A stretch of 64,000 bases of DNA from Candidatus Blackallbacteria bacterium (GCA_051715345.1 JBPXJQ010000040.1:92-64091), one strand, 5' to 3'. Counted from the first letter of the stretch, positions 18,339-28,842 are shown. Numbers and translations: made by a program. The notes: generated by a model not told the origin, from the sequence alone.

Positions 18339-19802
18339 ATGTCTATTTCATTGCTGTTTACCCTGATGCGTCACGAATGGCGCATATTGCGCAAAGAAGT
18401 CATTCTGGTCGTGGGTCTCTTGGGATTCTGCTTCTTTCTGGGTGGTCTCAACGGCGCTTACCAATTGCAAATCCTGAACCAGAGCCAGGCCGAATTGGCA
18501 CAAAAAGAACAGCAGCGCCTGGGCAAAGAAATCGCCAAGGCCCGCAGCGAAGAGGCCCAGTTTCAACAAGAGGGCATGCCACTCACGCGCTATGGCAAAT
18601 CGGCACGCAATCCCTTTAAAGTGGCCCAAAAAGGTTCCCAAGCACTTTTGCCGCCTGGCCCACTGGCATCGCTGGTTTTGGGGCAGACAGATTTGCAGCC
18701 GCTCTCAACCCAAATCAGCCTGACCCATGTCGAAAATTTGCCCCGGCAAGAACAATTGCATCACCCCTTGGGCCTGTTCTTGGGCCAATTTGATCTGGGA
18801 TTTGTCTTGATCTGGCTCTTGCCCTTGTTTATCCTCGGTTTGAGTTTTGACATTCTGGCCACTGAGCAAGAAAACGGCAGTTTGCGCATGTTGCTTTCGA
18901 TGCCGATCTCGCTGCAACAATTGGCCCTGGGCAAAATTTGTATGCGGGCAATAGTCTTGACCGAGGCAATCGTGATTGGGCTCTTGTTGGTGAGCCTGGG
19001 CCAAGGTCTGGACTTGCGCCAGCCAGAGATTCTGACCCGCTGGCTGGGACTGCTGGGTCTCACCCTGCTCTATGGTGCAGGGTGGTTTGCCCTGGCGCTG
19101 TGGGTCAATAGCCGCAAACGTCCAGCGGCCACCCAGGCCACAATCCTGGCCCTGATCTGGCTGGCTGTGCTCTTTGTCGTGCCTGCCAGCCTGAACCTGG
19201 CGCTCTCCGCGCTTTATCCTTTGCCCTCGCGGGTGGAGTTCACCCAGGCCACGGCCAAAGCCAGTGAAAAAGTTCGCAATGCCAGCAGTCAGCTTTTGGG
19301 CAAGTATTTTGAGGATCACCCCGAACTCAGCAGCAGCAAACGAGACGAAGCCGAGTTTAATTTGCTGCAATTGGCCAAAGAAGACCTGATTGGCCAAGAG
19401 ATCACCCCCGTGGTGGCCGCGTTCCGCGCCCAATTGGCCAAACAGCGCCAGGTCTTGCAAAACCTGCAATTTCTCTCACCGGCTTTGGCCACCCAGGCCG
19501 CGTTCAACCGCTTGGCAGGCACAGGCCATGAGCGTTTAGAGGCCTACCGCAACGGGGTCGAAGCCCACCAAAAAGCCTGGCGCGATTGGTTTACGCCGCG
19601 CATTCGCGACAATCTCGCTGTGCAGGTGTCGGACTACGCGCGATTGCCTGTCTATCGCTGGCAAGAGCCGGCCCCCAGCGGAGCTAAACTCTCAGGGCAA
19701 TACAGTTTGGGGCTGACGGCTGTCTACCTGGCCCTGATTGTGCTTTTGCTCGGATACCGGGCTCTCAAGGCCTATCAAAATTACCAGGTTGTGGACAGTT
19801 AA
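18339..19802 (+). CDS. ABC-2 permease, DUF3526 type
   Basis: GQTDLQP, HPLGLFLGQFDLGFV, EQENGSL, LAGTG. Confidence 0.85.
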   Translation: MSISLLFTLMRHEWRILRKEVILVVGLLGFCFFLGGLNGAYQLQILNQSQAELAQKEQQRLGKEIAKARSEEAQFQQEGMPLTRYGKSARNPFKVAQKGSQALLPPGPLASLVLGQTDLQPLSTQISLTHVENLPRQEQLHHPLGLFLGQFDLGFVLIWLLPLFILGLSFDILATEQENGSLRMLLSMPISLQQLALGKICMRAIVLTEAIVIGLLLVSLGQGLDLRQPEILTRWLGLLGLTLLYGAGWFALALWVNSRKRPAATQATILALIWLAVLFVVPASLNLALSALYPLPSRVEFTQATAKASEKVRNASSQLLGKYFEDHPELSSSKRDEAEFNLLQLAKEDLIGQEITPVVAAFRAQLAKQRQVLQNLQFLSPALATQAAFNRLAGTGHERLEAYRNGVEAHQKAWRDWFTPRIRDNLAVQVSDYARLPVYRWQEPAPSGAKLSGQYSLGLTAVYLALIVLLLGYRALKAYQNYQVVDS

Positions 19803-19946
19803 TGCACACAGTCAGCCTTGCTGGGGCTCTGTACTGAGCCTCTGTTCTGGGCTCCGAGCCTGTGTTATTATCTCTATTCTGATTTCAACGCTGACTGACC
19901 TTTCGTTAGAGTTACAAATGACTGCAATGATTCAAGGAGATTTATT

Positions 19947-20828
19947 ATGAACACTTCACGGATTTGGCTCTCTGCCACTCTCTTGCTGGCCCTGGCAGCC
20001 TGTAACGGACAAAATCTGCCCAGCACACTTCCGACTTCGCTGCCGAGCAATTTGCCCGCCCTGATTCGCCCCTCGGGAACACCAAATACCACTCCGGCAC
20101 CTGGCTCAGCTGTTGCGAATGCCCCTGTCACCGCGACCGCTCCAGTAACCCCCCCTGCCACTGGTCAAGGTGAGATCAAAGTCGTGGGCGCTGATCTGTT
20201 TAATAAATACACGGTCAATTACCGCACAGGCATGAAATGGGTTTACAGCTTAAAAATGCCCGGATTCAGCCTGCCCAGCCTGCCTGCCATTCCCGGTTTT
20301 ACCACCACCCAGCTGCCGAGCAATTTGAGTGATCTCTTGAATATTGGCAGTGGTGGCTCCTCCGGTGGCACATCCGGTGGCAGCGGCAACAGCAATGGCG
20401 AGTTGGGAGAAATGACCATGGAAGTCACAGCCGTGCAAGGCGACTTGGTCACAATGGCCACAGCCGTAAAAATGAACTTGAATCTTCCCGGTGGCGCGCC
20501 TTTCAAGCCCACTGAAACCACCTTTTCCAAAGCTGAACCGCAAAAGCTCTACAGTGTCCTTGCCCAAAGTGGCAATACCAACGGCACCTATACCTATAGC
20601 CTGATTGCAGCCGAAAGTCTGACAGTGGCTGCAGGCAGCTATAACGCAGATAAAATCTCGGGCAAATTGCAAGCCGTCAGCAGCACAGGTGCTGGCGATG
20701 TGAACTCTCAACAAGATTCATTGCTCTGGATGGCCAATCAGGTCGGCATGGTCAAACAAGAGACCAAAACGGTCACAGCGGGTATTTCCTCTACGACGGT
20801 CTTGGAACTCAAAAGCTTTACACCCTAA
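19947..20828 (+). CDS. Hypothetical lipoprotein
   Basis: Lipobox LAAC; C-terminal TVAAGSY...WMANQVGMVK beta domain; RBS GGAG. Confidence 0.75.
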   Translation: MNTSRIWLSATLLLALAACNGQNLPSTLPTSLPSNLPALIRPSGTPNTTPAPGSAVANAPVTATAPVTPPATGQGEIKVVGADLFNKYTVNYRTGMKWVYSLKMPGFSLPSLPAIPGFTTTQLPSNLSDLLNIGSGGSSGGTSGGSGNSNGELGEMTMEVTAVQGDLVTMATAVKMNLNLPGGAPFKPTETTFSKAEPQKLYSVLAQSGNTNGTYTYSLIAAESLTVAAGSYNADKISGKLQAVSSTGAGDVNSQQDSLLWMANQVGMVKQETKTVTAGISSTTVLELKSFTP

Positions 20829-20858
20829 GTTTGTAAAGCAAGCTCAAGACGCCAAGGG

Positions 20859-22154
20859 CTAAGGCAGGGTATAGTTCAGGTCTTTTTTGTAGAGCTGTTT
20901 GACCCGGCGATCAAACAGGGTTTTGTGAATTTCGGGAATGCTGTCACCAAAGAGATCCGACTTTGACAAACCGGCCCGCAAAGCCAGACCCAAATGAACC
21001 TCTGCCTTGCCTGTGATGCGTTTTTGTGAACCCACCACGGTCACTTTGGAGACCAGATCCCCATCGAGGTAAGAACTGGCTTCCACATAGGGCCCGATCA
21101 TGGCCGCAATTTCACTTTCCACACGCAAACGGGGCAGGTGCAAGCGGGAGAGAACCCGGCCCGTAAATTCCAGTTTGGGATCTTTGATCAGGCCCCCATA
21201 ATCATAGTCAAACGCAGACTTGAAGTCGGGGCTCTGGGAGAAATTCTGAGCCTTCATTTCGACGGCCACTTTGAGGCGGCCATTGACCTGTCCTCCCAAC
21301 TCCACAGAGCCCGTACCCTGATGGCCCCATTCCAAGGCCGCCCCCGGCTTGATAAAAATGGTCAGGGGAATCGGCCCAATCGCGGTCACAATCAAAAAGG
21401 TTTTAAAATTGACATTGCCAATCGGTTTCAAAACCAGACCCGTTTGGGGGGCCACTGCTGGCGGTACCTGTTGGGTGGCCCAAGGCGTGGTCGGCGTGGC
21501 TGGATTGAGGGTACTGAGGTTGACCCGACTGGTGATGTCCCAGGTCAATTTTAGTTCGGGAGCCAGACGCACAAACAGCGCTTTGCCGTTTTCCAAGCGA
21601 ATCTGCACGTCTGAGAGATCGGGTTGGGCACGCAGAGCGGATTCCACGGTGACAAAACCCAATTGGAAGGTGCGGCGGTCCAATTCAATCGGCTTGATCA
21701 TCTCTGGGTTGTTGACCCCAGAAAGGTCCAATTCCTGAAAAGCATCAGCCAAGCTGGCGTTGGTGGTTTGCACCAGGGTTTGCCCATTTAGCTCTTGACG
21801 AGATAAAACGCGCCGCAAAAAAGCCTGGCCCTCGCTGCTGCGGCCGATTAAAATCTCTCCGGGTTGAAAGACCCGCATACCCCGAAAGACCAATTGCCCT
21901 GGCAAGGCGCGCAGTGGCTGGTTGATCGGCTCTTGTAAAACACGGGTCTGAGACTGCAAACGGTAAGTCTGGCGACTGGGAGAGGTATTTTGAACACTGG
22001 CGGATCTTAATAAAGCAGGGTTAGCGCCATTTGTGGCGGAATTTAAACTTGACGCGGAAAGAGGCGAGGAAAGAGGCGAGAAAAAAGGCGCAGATTGGCA
22101 AGCCGTCAACGCAGTGGTGATACACAGAGCGGGAAACAGAGCTGAAAACTTCAT
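20859..22154 (-). CDS. Hypothetical lipoprotein
   Basis: Lipobox LTAC; beta-rich 431-aa ORF. Confidence 0.75.
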   Translation of the reverse strand: MKFSALFPALCITTALTACQSAPFFSPLSSPLSASSLNSATNGANPALLRSASVQNTSPSRQTYRLQSQTRVLQEPINQPLRALPGQLVFRGMRVFQPGEILIGRSSEGQAFLRRVLSRQELNGQTLVQTTNASLADAFQELDLSGVNNPEMIKPIELDRRTFQLGFVTVESALRAQPDLSDVQIRLENGKALFVRLAPELKLTWDITSRVNLSTLNPATPTTPWATQQVPPAVAPQTGLVLKPIGNVNFKTFLIVTAIGPIPLTIFIKPGAALEWGHQGTGSVELGGQVNGRLKVAVEMKAQNFSQSPDFKSAFDYDYGGLIKDPKLEFTGRVLSRLHLPRLRVESEIAAMIGPYVEASSYLDGDLVSKVTVVGSQKRITGKAEVHLGLALRAGLSKSDLFGDSIPEIHKTLFDRRVKQLYKKDLNYTLP

Positions 22155-22327
22155 CTTTGGGCCTCTTTGGAACCAGACTTAATAATCTAATAATACTTAT
22201 TTAATAAAGATAACAATTTATCTGGGCCATTTCAAGCCCCCCCCTAAGCAAGATTTGGCTGTTTTTTGAGATATAGAGATTATCTGAGATTTAATCTCTT
22301 TTTAAAGAAAGCTATTTTTTCACCCCT

Positions 22328-22858
22328 ATGCAAATTTCCCCCCAGCGAGCGACCATTCAGGGCCAAAAAATTGGCATCCATGACAGTGGGCTCTTCGACC
22401 GCGAAGACACTCTCACGGTGGGCAAGCCCCTGGCCCAGAAACTCAACGCCCGCGAAGCCCAAGAACTGGCTTTCCGCACTCCTGGCGCGGAGCTCATTGT
22501 TCGCACTTCAGGTGATCCTGGCCTGAACCATTTGCACGGGGAAATGCGCCAAAACCCACTGGAAGCTTACGACGTCTATGCCATAGCGGTCATTGATCGC
22601 AACGGGGCCCCTGTGCCAGACAAAGTGCTAAACGTGGCTGAATTGATCTCAGCTGTGAGCATTGAAGCGGCCTTGATCAACCGCTTTGAAGATCCCAAAA
22701 CGGGGATTGTCCCTGCAGGTTTAACCCTGGCCAGCTCTGATCGGAAATTGGCGGATCTCAAGCTCAAAGGGGGGGAAATTTTGGAGCGGCAGCTCTATAC
22801 CTTGGTCAGCGCGGTTTCAGCTCCGGCTGTAGGAACGAACTCAATCAGGAGAAATTAA
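22328..22858 (+). CDS. Hypothetical protein
   Basis: 176-aa ATG ORF filling the interval; no motif recognised. Confidence 0.55.
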   Translation: MQISPQRATIQGQKIGIHDSGLFDREDTLTVGKPLAQKLNAREAQELAFRTPGAELIVRTSGDPGLNHLHGEMRQNPLEAYDVYAIAVIDRNGAPVPDKVLNVAELISAVSIEAALINRFEDPKTGIVPAGLTLASSDRKLADLKLKGGEILERQLYTLVSAVSAPAVGTNSIRRN

Positions 22859-22868
22859 GTGCCTCCTT

Positions 22869-23078
22869 CTAAAGATATTTGCGGATCACAATCGGAACAG
22901 CCATCAAGACCAGGCTCAACAGGCTCAAAAGAATCAGATTGGGAATAAAATAAGGGACAAAACAGAGCAAAAAGCCAACCAACATCGCCGGTGCATCACT
23001 TTGTTTTCTGCCGTACAAAAAGTAGCCCCCGCCAATCGCACCCAGGAGCATCCCCACCCACAGTGCCGACTCATCCAT
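22869..23078 (-). CDS. Small membrane protein
   Basis: MDESALWVGMLLGAIGGGYFLYGRKQ...PYF pattern of a conserved small hydrophobic family. Confidence 0.65.
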   Translation of the reverse strand: MDESALWVGMLLGAIGGGYFLYGRKQSDAPAMLVGFLLCFVPYFIPNLILLSLLSLVLMAVPIVIRKYL

Positions 23079-23269
23079 TTTTAATTCGAATCCTTTTTCG
23101 CCAAGTTTTTCGGCGCGCATTTCAGCAAGAGTCTCAGCTTAAGCTTAACAAAATTCAGGTCTTTGAACAGGTTTGCTCAAGTCTTGCTAAACTAAAAGAA
23201 TGTAATCTGAACAAATCCGAGTCTCAAGCCCACAGGGTGAGCGGTATAGATTTTCAAGGAGTCTGAATC

Positions 23270-24844
23270 ATGTCTCACACCTTATTTGGCTTACCACAGG
23301 TTTTGCTCACACGCAAAACAACCCAGCTCGCAACATTCGCGACCATTGCATTCACCACAGGCCTGACTGTTTTCAACCCGAATGCAGGGGCGGCAGAGAC
23401 GCCAAGACAGAGCAGCACTATCCGCATTAACGCCCAAGCAGAGACCCGGCCCTTTCCCCATTTCTGGGAAACCATCTTTGGCTCTGGGCGCGCTATCTTG
23501 AGTCTGCGTGAAAGTTTTCGCGACGATCTCAAGACGGTCAAAGATGTGACAGCCATGGCGTATGTGCGGCCCCATGCCATTTTTCACGATGAAATTGGGA
23601 TCTATGATGAAGACGCCCAAGGCCAGGCTGTCTACAATTTTTCGTACATCGATCAGATCTACGACGGCCTGCTCGAACAGGGTGTGCGGCCCTTTGTCGA
23701 ACTGAGTTTTATGCCCCGCAAATTGGCCTTGCATCAGACAGAACACGCCTTTTGGTACAAACAAATTACCGCTCCGCCCAAAGATTGGCAAAAATGGGAG
23801 GCCTTGATTGAGGCCTTTACCCGCCACTTGGTGCAGCGTTATGGCGTGGCTGAGGTCTCTCAGTGGTATTTTGAAGTCTGGAATGAGCCCAATATTGACT
23901 TCTGGTCGGGAGAGCCCAAAGCGGCTAGCTATTACGAACTCTATGCCCGGGCCGCAAAAGCCGTCAAACGCGTCAGTCCGCTCCTGCGCATCGGGGGGCC
24001 CGGGACGGCCCAAGCCGCCTGGGTGGACAGCTTTATTCAGTACTGTGTCGATCACAATTTGCCGCTGGATTTTGTCACAACCCATGTCTATGCCAATGAT
24101 TCAGCCCAGGATGTGTTTGGCACCCAAGAAGTGATTCCTCGCAAAACCATGGTGGCCCGTTCGGTCCAAAAGGTCTATGATCAGGTCAAACGCTCCCCTC
24201 GGCCCGATTTGCCGATTATCTGGAGTGAATACAATGCCTCGTATAAAAATGAGGTGGCCGTTACCGATTCCGCGTTTATGGGCCCCTGGCTGGCCCACAA
24301 TATCAGCCTCTCTGATGGCAAGGTTGCGGCCATGTCTTATTGGACTTTTTCAGATGTCTTTGAAGAATTTGGGGTGGTCAAAAAACCCTTTTATGGGGGG
24401 TTTGGCCTGATTGCGGCAGGCAATATTCCCAAGGCCTCTTTTAATGCCTTTCAATTGCTGCATCAGCTCGGCACAAGGCGGATTCCGATTGAAACAGACC
24501 AGCTCTTGGCGACCCGCCGAGAGGATGGTTCTTTGGCCATTGCCGCCTGGAACTACGCCGAACCCGAGGCGATGGGCAGCCCATTACACCTGCGGCTGCA
24601 ATTCAGTGGTTTAAAAGGGCTCAACAAAGTCTTGATTCAGCAAGTGGATCCTGAACACGGCTCGGCTTTGGCCACCTGGGAAAAACTGGGCAAACCCAAC
24701 TTCCCCAGCCGCGAAGAGCTGGTTCAATTGCGGGCAGCAGCCCAAATGCCAGCCCCCCGTGTGCTCGCACTGAAAGGCCCCAGCGATCAGCTCGAATTGG
24801 AACTGCCCGCCCATGCTTTGGCTTTGATTGAAGTGGTTCCCTGA
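23270..24844 (+). CDS. GH39 glycoside hydrolase (beta-xylosidase-like)
   Basis: PFVELSFMP, FEVWNEPN (acid/base), WSEYN (nucleophile), SYWTFSDVFEE. Confidence 0.92.
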   Translation: MSHTLFGLPQVLLTRKTTQLATFATIAFTTGLTVFNPNAGAAETPRQSSTIRINAQAETRPFPHFWETIFGSGRAILSLRESFRDDLKTVKDVTAMAYVRPHAIFHDEIGIYDEDAQGQAVYNFSYIDQIYDGLLEQGVRPFVELSFMPRKLALHQTEHAFWYKQITAPPKDWQKWEALIEAFTRHLVQRYGVAEVSQWYFEVWNEPNIDFWSGEPKAASYYELYARAAKAVKRVSPLLRIGGPGTAQAAWVDSFIQYCVDHNLPLDFVTTHVYANDSAQDVFGTQEVIPRKTMVARSVQKVYDQVKRSPRPDLPIIWSEYNASYKNEVAVTDSAFMGPWLAHNISLSDGKVAAMSYWTFSDVFEEFGVVKKPFYGGFGLIAAGNIPKASFNAFQLLHQLGTRRIPIETDQLLATRREDGSLAIAAWNYAEPEAMGSPLHLRLQFSGLKGLNKVLIQQVDPEHGSALATWEKLGKPNFPSREELVQLRAAAQMPAPRVLALKGPSDQLELELPAHALALIEVVP

Positions 24845-26238
24845 TGTTCAATTACTTAAAAAGAGTGGGCAGGCCTGGTGCATTGCTCTTGGCAGCGCTG
24901 GCGCTTTCGTCAGGTCTCGGTCTTTCCAGCTGCCAGGGTGTGGCTCTGCGTGCTCCCTCACTGGCCCCCACCCGAACCACCGCTGCCGCTGTCAGACAGA
25001 ACGCCGCCCAAGCCAATGCCTCGCTCTATCCCCAAACCACACTGACCCGCGACGATGAGGCTTTTCTCGAAGATCTCTCGCGGCGTTCCTTTCGCTATTT
25101 TCTCGAACAGGCAGATCCCAAAACCGGACTGGTGCTGGACCGCGCCCACACCGATGGCAGCACAAATGGCGAGCGGATTGCCAGCACTGCGGCCACAGGT
25201 TTTGGCCTAACAGCCCTGTGTATTGCCGCTGAACGCGGTTGGATTCAGCCCAGCACAGCCCGTGAGAGGGTGGTCAATACCCTGACATTTTTGCTCAAGC
25301 GTGTGCCACATCAGCACGGCTGGATGCCCCATTTTATCGACCAGGTGACCGGCGAACGGCGTTGGCAAAGTGAATATTCATCGATCGACACGGCTCTGTT
25401 GTTGGCCGGGGTCTTGAGTGCCCGTGGCTATTTTCAGCACGATGCTGAAATTGTGGCACTGGCCACCCAATTGTATCAGCGCGTGGATTTTAAGTGGATG
25501 CTCAATGGCCATGCCGGTCTGCTTTCCCATGGTTGGAGCCCTGAGCAGGGGTTTATTCCCACCCGCTGGGATACCTACAGCGAACATCTGATCCTGCAAA
25601 TGCTGGGTTTGGGCTCTCCCACCCACGCTTTGCCGCCCAGTGCCTGGCAAAGCTGGCAGCGCACGGGTCTGAGCTATGGGGGCTATACCTATCTCAACGC
25701 GGGCCCGCTGTTTACGCATCAATTTTCTCACAGCTGGCTGGACCTGCGCCATTTGCACGACTCTGTCCCGCCTTACACAGATTTTTTCGCCAATTCGGTC
25801 AAAGCCACCCGGGCCCATAAGGCCTTTAATCTGAGTTTGGCCCCCGAATTTCCGGGTTACAGTGATACGATTTGGGGCATTACCGCCTCCGACAGCGCCA
25901 AAGGTTATGTGGCCTGGGGAGGTCCTCCGCGCACGCCTGAAATTGATGGCACGGTGGTTCCCTGTGCCGCTGGCGGCTCGTTGATGTTCTCACCCGAAAT
26001 CACGATCCCAGCCCTGCGGGCCATGGCTGCTCGCTATGGTGCCAAAATCTATGGCCGCTACAGTTTCAGCGATGCCTTTAATCCCAATACCGGCTGGGTC
26101 AACCCTGATGTGATTGGCATTGACCTGGGGGTGACTTTGTTGAGTGCCGAAAACTTGCGCACAGGCCATGTTTGGAAGTGGTTTATGCGCAATCCAGAAA
26201 TAGCAAAAGCGTATCAGGCGGCGGGATTGACCCGTTGA
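24844..26238 (+). CDS. Glucoamylase-like / GH144 (DUF3131) lipoprotein, putative beta-1,2-glucanase
   Basis: TGLVLDR, STAATGFGL, SSIDTALL, PLFTHQFSH, WGITASD, IGIDLG. Confidence 0.85.
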   Translation: MFNYLKRVGRPGALLLAALALSSGLGLSSCQGVALRAPSLAPTRTTAAAVRQNAAQANASLYPQTTLTRDDEAFLEDLSRRSFRYFLEQADPKTGLVLDRAHTDGSTNGERIASTAATGFGLTALCIAAERGWIQPSTARERVVNTLTFLLKRVPHQHGWMPHFIDQVTGERRWQSEYSSIDTALLLAGVLSARGYFQHDAEIVALATQLYQRVDFKWMLNGHAGLLSHGWSPEQGFIPTRWDTYSEHLILQMLGLGSPTHALPPSAWQSWQRTGLSYGGYTYLNAGPLFTHQFSHSWLDLRHLHDSVPPYTDFFANSVKATRAHKAFNLSLAPEFPGYSDTIWGITASDSAKGYVAWGGPPRTPEIDGTVVPCAAGGSLMFSPEITIPALRAMAARYGAKIYGRYSFSDAFNPNTGWVNPDVIGIDLGVTLLSAENLRTGHVWKWFMRNPEIAKAYQAAGLTR

Positions 26239-26335
26239 ATGTCCTGGCTCAAAGGCCTTAGTTAGTGAGGCGTTGAGGCACTTAGGCCTTAAATCTATGA
26301 TGGATCAGTTCTGAAGGGTGGGGCAATCTGCTCCG

Positions 26336-26473
26336 GTTGGCGCAAGGCTCTGAAGTTCGGGCCGCTCACTGCGCACATCCATGTGCTGCGCTCGCTAATG
26401 CGCGACCCGCGTCGGATCCATCCGTGGGCCACGGGCCGCGCAATTGCCCTCTTTTTTCAGAGCCTTGGCCAAC
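26336..26473. repeat. MITE/REP-like unit A
   Basis: Ends GTTGGCGCAAGGCTCTGAA ... TTCAGAGCCTTGGCCAAC; internal hairpins. Confidence 0.65.
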
Positions 26474-26591
26474 GGAATGAATTGTCTTTGGTTTTTTTGC
26501 CTACAGGTTTTTGATTTTTTTTGGTTTTGGAATAGGTTGAGGGATTTGTCAAACCATCAAAGTGACCTAGCCCCATTTGAGTGGTCACCCC

Positions 26592-26939
26592 GTTGGCTCA
26601 GGCCCTGAAAAGTGAAGGCAACAGGAACCCCGCCGGTCCAGGATGGACAAAGGCGGGGTGACTCTTAAGCGCTTCTTACAGAGCCAAAGGCGAGCTTTGG
26701 CTGTTGGCGACAAGCCTTGGCTGTTGACGAGGAACGAGTTTTACAGCCAAGGACAGCATTGCTAGGAGCCTTACAGCCATAGACAGCATTGCTGTATAGA
26801 AGGCGCTTGCCTGAGCCGTTGGCGGCTTTGCCGACTTTACGGCTTAGGACAGCATAGATACTTAGCACCGCAGGTGCTGTAGCGAATGGAGCACACGATG
26901 TGCGAAATGAGCGGCCTGAACTTCAGGGCCTTGTGCCAA
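26592..26939. repeat. MITE/REP-like unit B, inverted relative to A and expanded by nested 49-50 bp hairpin elements
   Basis: Ends GTTGGCTCAGGCCCTGAA ... TTCAGGGCCTTGTGCCAA; 26880-26939 is a near reverse complement of 26337-26397; hairpin copies at 26694-26792 (outer), 26714-26762 (inner) and 26809-26858. Confidence 0.7.
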
Positions 26940-27116
26940 GAGAAGCTATCCACCCATTTTGGGTTTTGTTCTTCGATCCGCGCTCTTAAGATGCAAAGGT
27001 TTTGCCTAAACCGAAAACCAACCCCCTAAAACCTATCACCCCATCCCCCCTTGGGTCGGCTGGTATAATAAAAAGGTAATCAGACAAAAAAGTCTGGACG
27101 ACCAAAGGAGAAGACC

Positions 27117-28835
27117 ATGGGCAACCTCACCGTTTCCAATGAACTGTATTTAAGCGGGTTAGATGCCCTGCTTCAGGGTCAGGCGCCTGTGGCTCTGCGC
27201 GCCCCCCACGGCAACGAATTGCACTGCAAGGGCTGGATACAAGAAGCCGCCTTGCGCATGCTGCTGAATAACCTCGATGCCGAAGTGGCCGAAAAGCCGG
27301 AAGAACTGCTGGTCTACGGTGGCAGCGGCAAAGCGGCCCGCAATTGGGAGAGCCTGCGTCAGATTGTCAAAACCCTGATGAATCTCGAAAACGACGAAAC
27401 CCTTTTGGTGCAGTCGGGCAAACCTGTGGGCGTGTTTAAATCCCACCCCGATGCCCCCCGTGTCTTGATCGCCAATTCCAATTTGGTGCCCCATTGGGCG
27501 ACCTGGGAAAAATTCCGCGAATTGGAAGCACTCGGCCTAATGATGTACGGCCAGATGACGGCAGGAAGCTGGATATACATTGGCACCCAGGGCATTTTGC
27601 AGGGCACCTACGAAACCTTCAGGGCTGTGGCCGAAAAACATTTTCATGGCAGCCTCGAAGGCCGTCTCTGTGTGACCGCCGGTCTCGGAGGCATGGGCGG
27701 CGCTCAGCCCCTGGCGATCAAAATGAACGGCGGTGTGGCCCTCTGTATCGAGGTCGACCGCAAACGGATCGAACGCCGGATGGAAACACGCTACCTGGAC
27801 CAATGGTATGAAGACGTAAATACTGCGATCGACCAGGCCATCGAAGCCAAACGCAATGGTTGGGCCCGCTCGATAGGTGTGCTGGGCAACGCCGCCGAAA
27901 TTTTGCCTGAACTTGTCAATCAGGGGATTGTGCCTGATGTGGTCACCGACCAGACCAGTGCCCACGATCCGCTCAATGGCTATGTGCCTGCTGAATACAG
28001 CCTGCAAGATGCCGAACACCTGCGCAGGGCCGATCCCGAGCATTATATAAAGTTGTCGATGCACTCGATGGTGCGCCATGTCGAAGCGATGATCACCCTG
28101 CAAACCCGTGGTTCAGTGGTCTTTGACTATGGCAATAATATCCGCCAACAGGCCTTTAACCGTGGCTTGGAAAGGGCTTTCGCCTTTCCGGGCTTTGTGC
28201 CCGCGTATATTCGCCCGCTGTTCTGTGAGGGCAAAGGCCCCTTCCGCTGGGCAGCGCTTTCGGGCAATCCCGAAGACATCTTCCGCATCGACGAGCTGAT
28301 TCTCGATGAATTTGCCTATGACGAAGGCCTGATCAAATGGATTCACCTGGCCCAGGATCAGGTTGCCTTCCAAGGTCTGCCCGCCCGCATCTGCTGGCTG
28401 GGTTATGGGGAACGGGCCCGTTTGGGCAAACGCATCAACGACCTTGTCGCCAGTGGCGAAGTCTCGGCCCCGATTGTGATTGGCCGCGACCACCTGGACT
28501 GTGGTTCGGTGGCTTCGCCCAACCGCGAAACCGAAGCCATGTTGGACGGCAGTGACGCCGTTTCCGATTGGGTCTTTCTCAATGCCATGATCAACGCCGT
28601 GGGCGGCGCCTCTTGGGTCTCGATCCACCATGGCGGTGGGGTCGGAATTGGCTATTCCCAACACGCAGGCATGGTGATTGTGGCTGATGGCAGCAAAGAA
28701 GCCGAAGCCCGATTGGAGCGGGTCTTAACCAGTGATCCAGGCATGGGCATTATTCGCCATGTCGATGCCGGTTATCCCGAAGCCGAAGCCGCCGCGCGCC
28801 ATCATGGGGTGCGCATCCCGATGTGGGAACAATAA
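27117..28835 (+). CDS. hutU: Urocanate hydratase
   Basis: [60 protein letters not shown]. Confidence 0.98.
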   Translation: MGNLTVSNELYLSGLDALLQGQAPVALRAPHGNELHCKGWIQEAALRMLLNNLDAEVAEKPEELLVYGGSGKAARNWESLRQIVKTLMNLENDETLLVQSGKPVGVFKSHPDAPRVLIANSNLVPHWATWEKFRELEALGLMMYGQMTAGSWIYIGTQGILQGTYETFRAVAEKHFHGSLEGRLCVTAGLGGMGGAQPLAIKMNGGVALCIEVDRKRIERRMETRYLDQWYEDVNTAIDQAIEAKRNGWARSIGVLGNAAEILPELVNQGIVPDVVTDQTSAHDPLNGYVPAEYSLQDAEHLRRADPEHYIKLSMHSMVRHVEAMITLQTRGSVVFDYGNNIRQQAFNRGLERAFAFPGFVPAYIRPLFCEGKGPFRWAALSGNPEDIFRIDELILDEFAYDEGLIKWIHLAQDQVAFQGLPARICWLGYGERARLGKRINDLVASGEVSAPIVIGRDHLDCGSVASPNRETEAMLDGSDAVSDWVFLNAMINAVGGASWVSIHHGGGVGIGYSQHAGMVIVADGSKEAEARLERVLTSDPGMGIIRHVDAGYPEAEAAARHHGVRIPMWEQ

Positions 28836-28842
28836 AACCACC

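Noticed and set aside
22055-22080. 12-bp duplication encoding SPLS-SPLS
   Set aside because: Lies in a disordered lipoprotein linker; no evident significance.
22160-23200. Spaced TTAA-like motifs in several intergenic regions as response-regulator boxes
   Set aside because: Too degenerate in AT-rich DNA to support without a statistical motif search.
26694-26858. Repeats as a CRISPR array, or the 67-aa ORF 26665-26868 as a gene
   Set aside because: Copies are divergent, nested and irregularly spaced; the ORF is a by-product of the repeats.
26240-27110. tRNA, riboswitch or group II intron upstream of hutU
   Set aside because: No cloverleaf, known aptamer consensus or intron domain V recognised; the repeat model explains the structure. 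An Rfam scan is still advisable.
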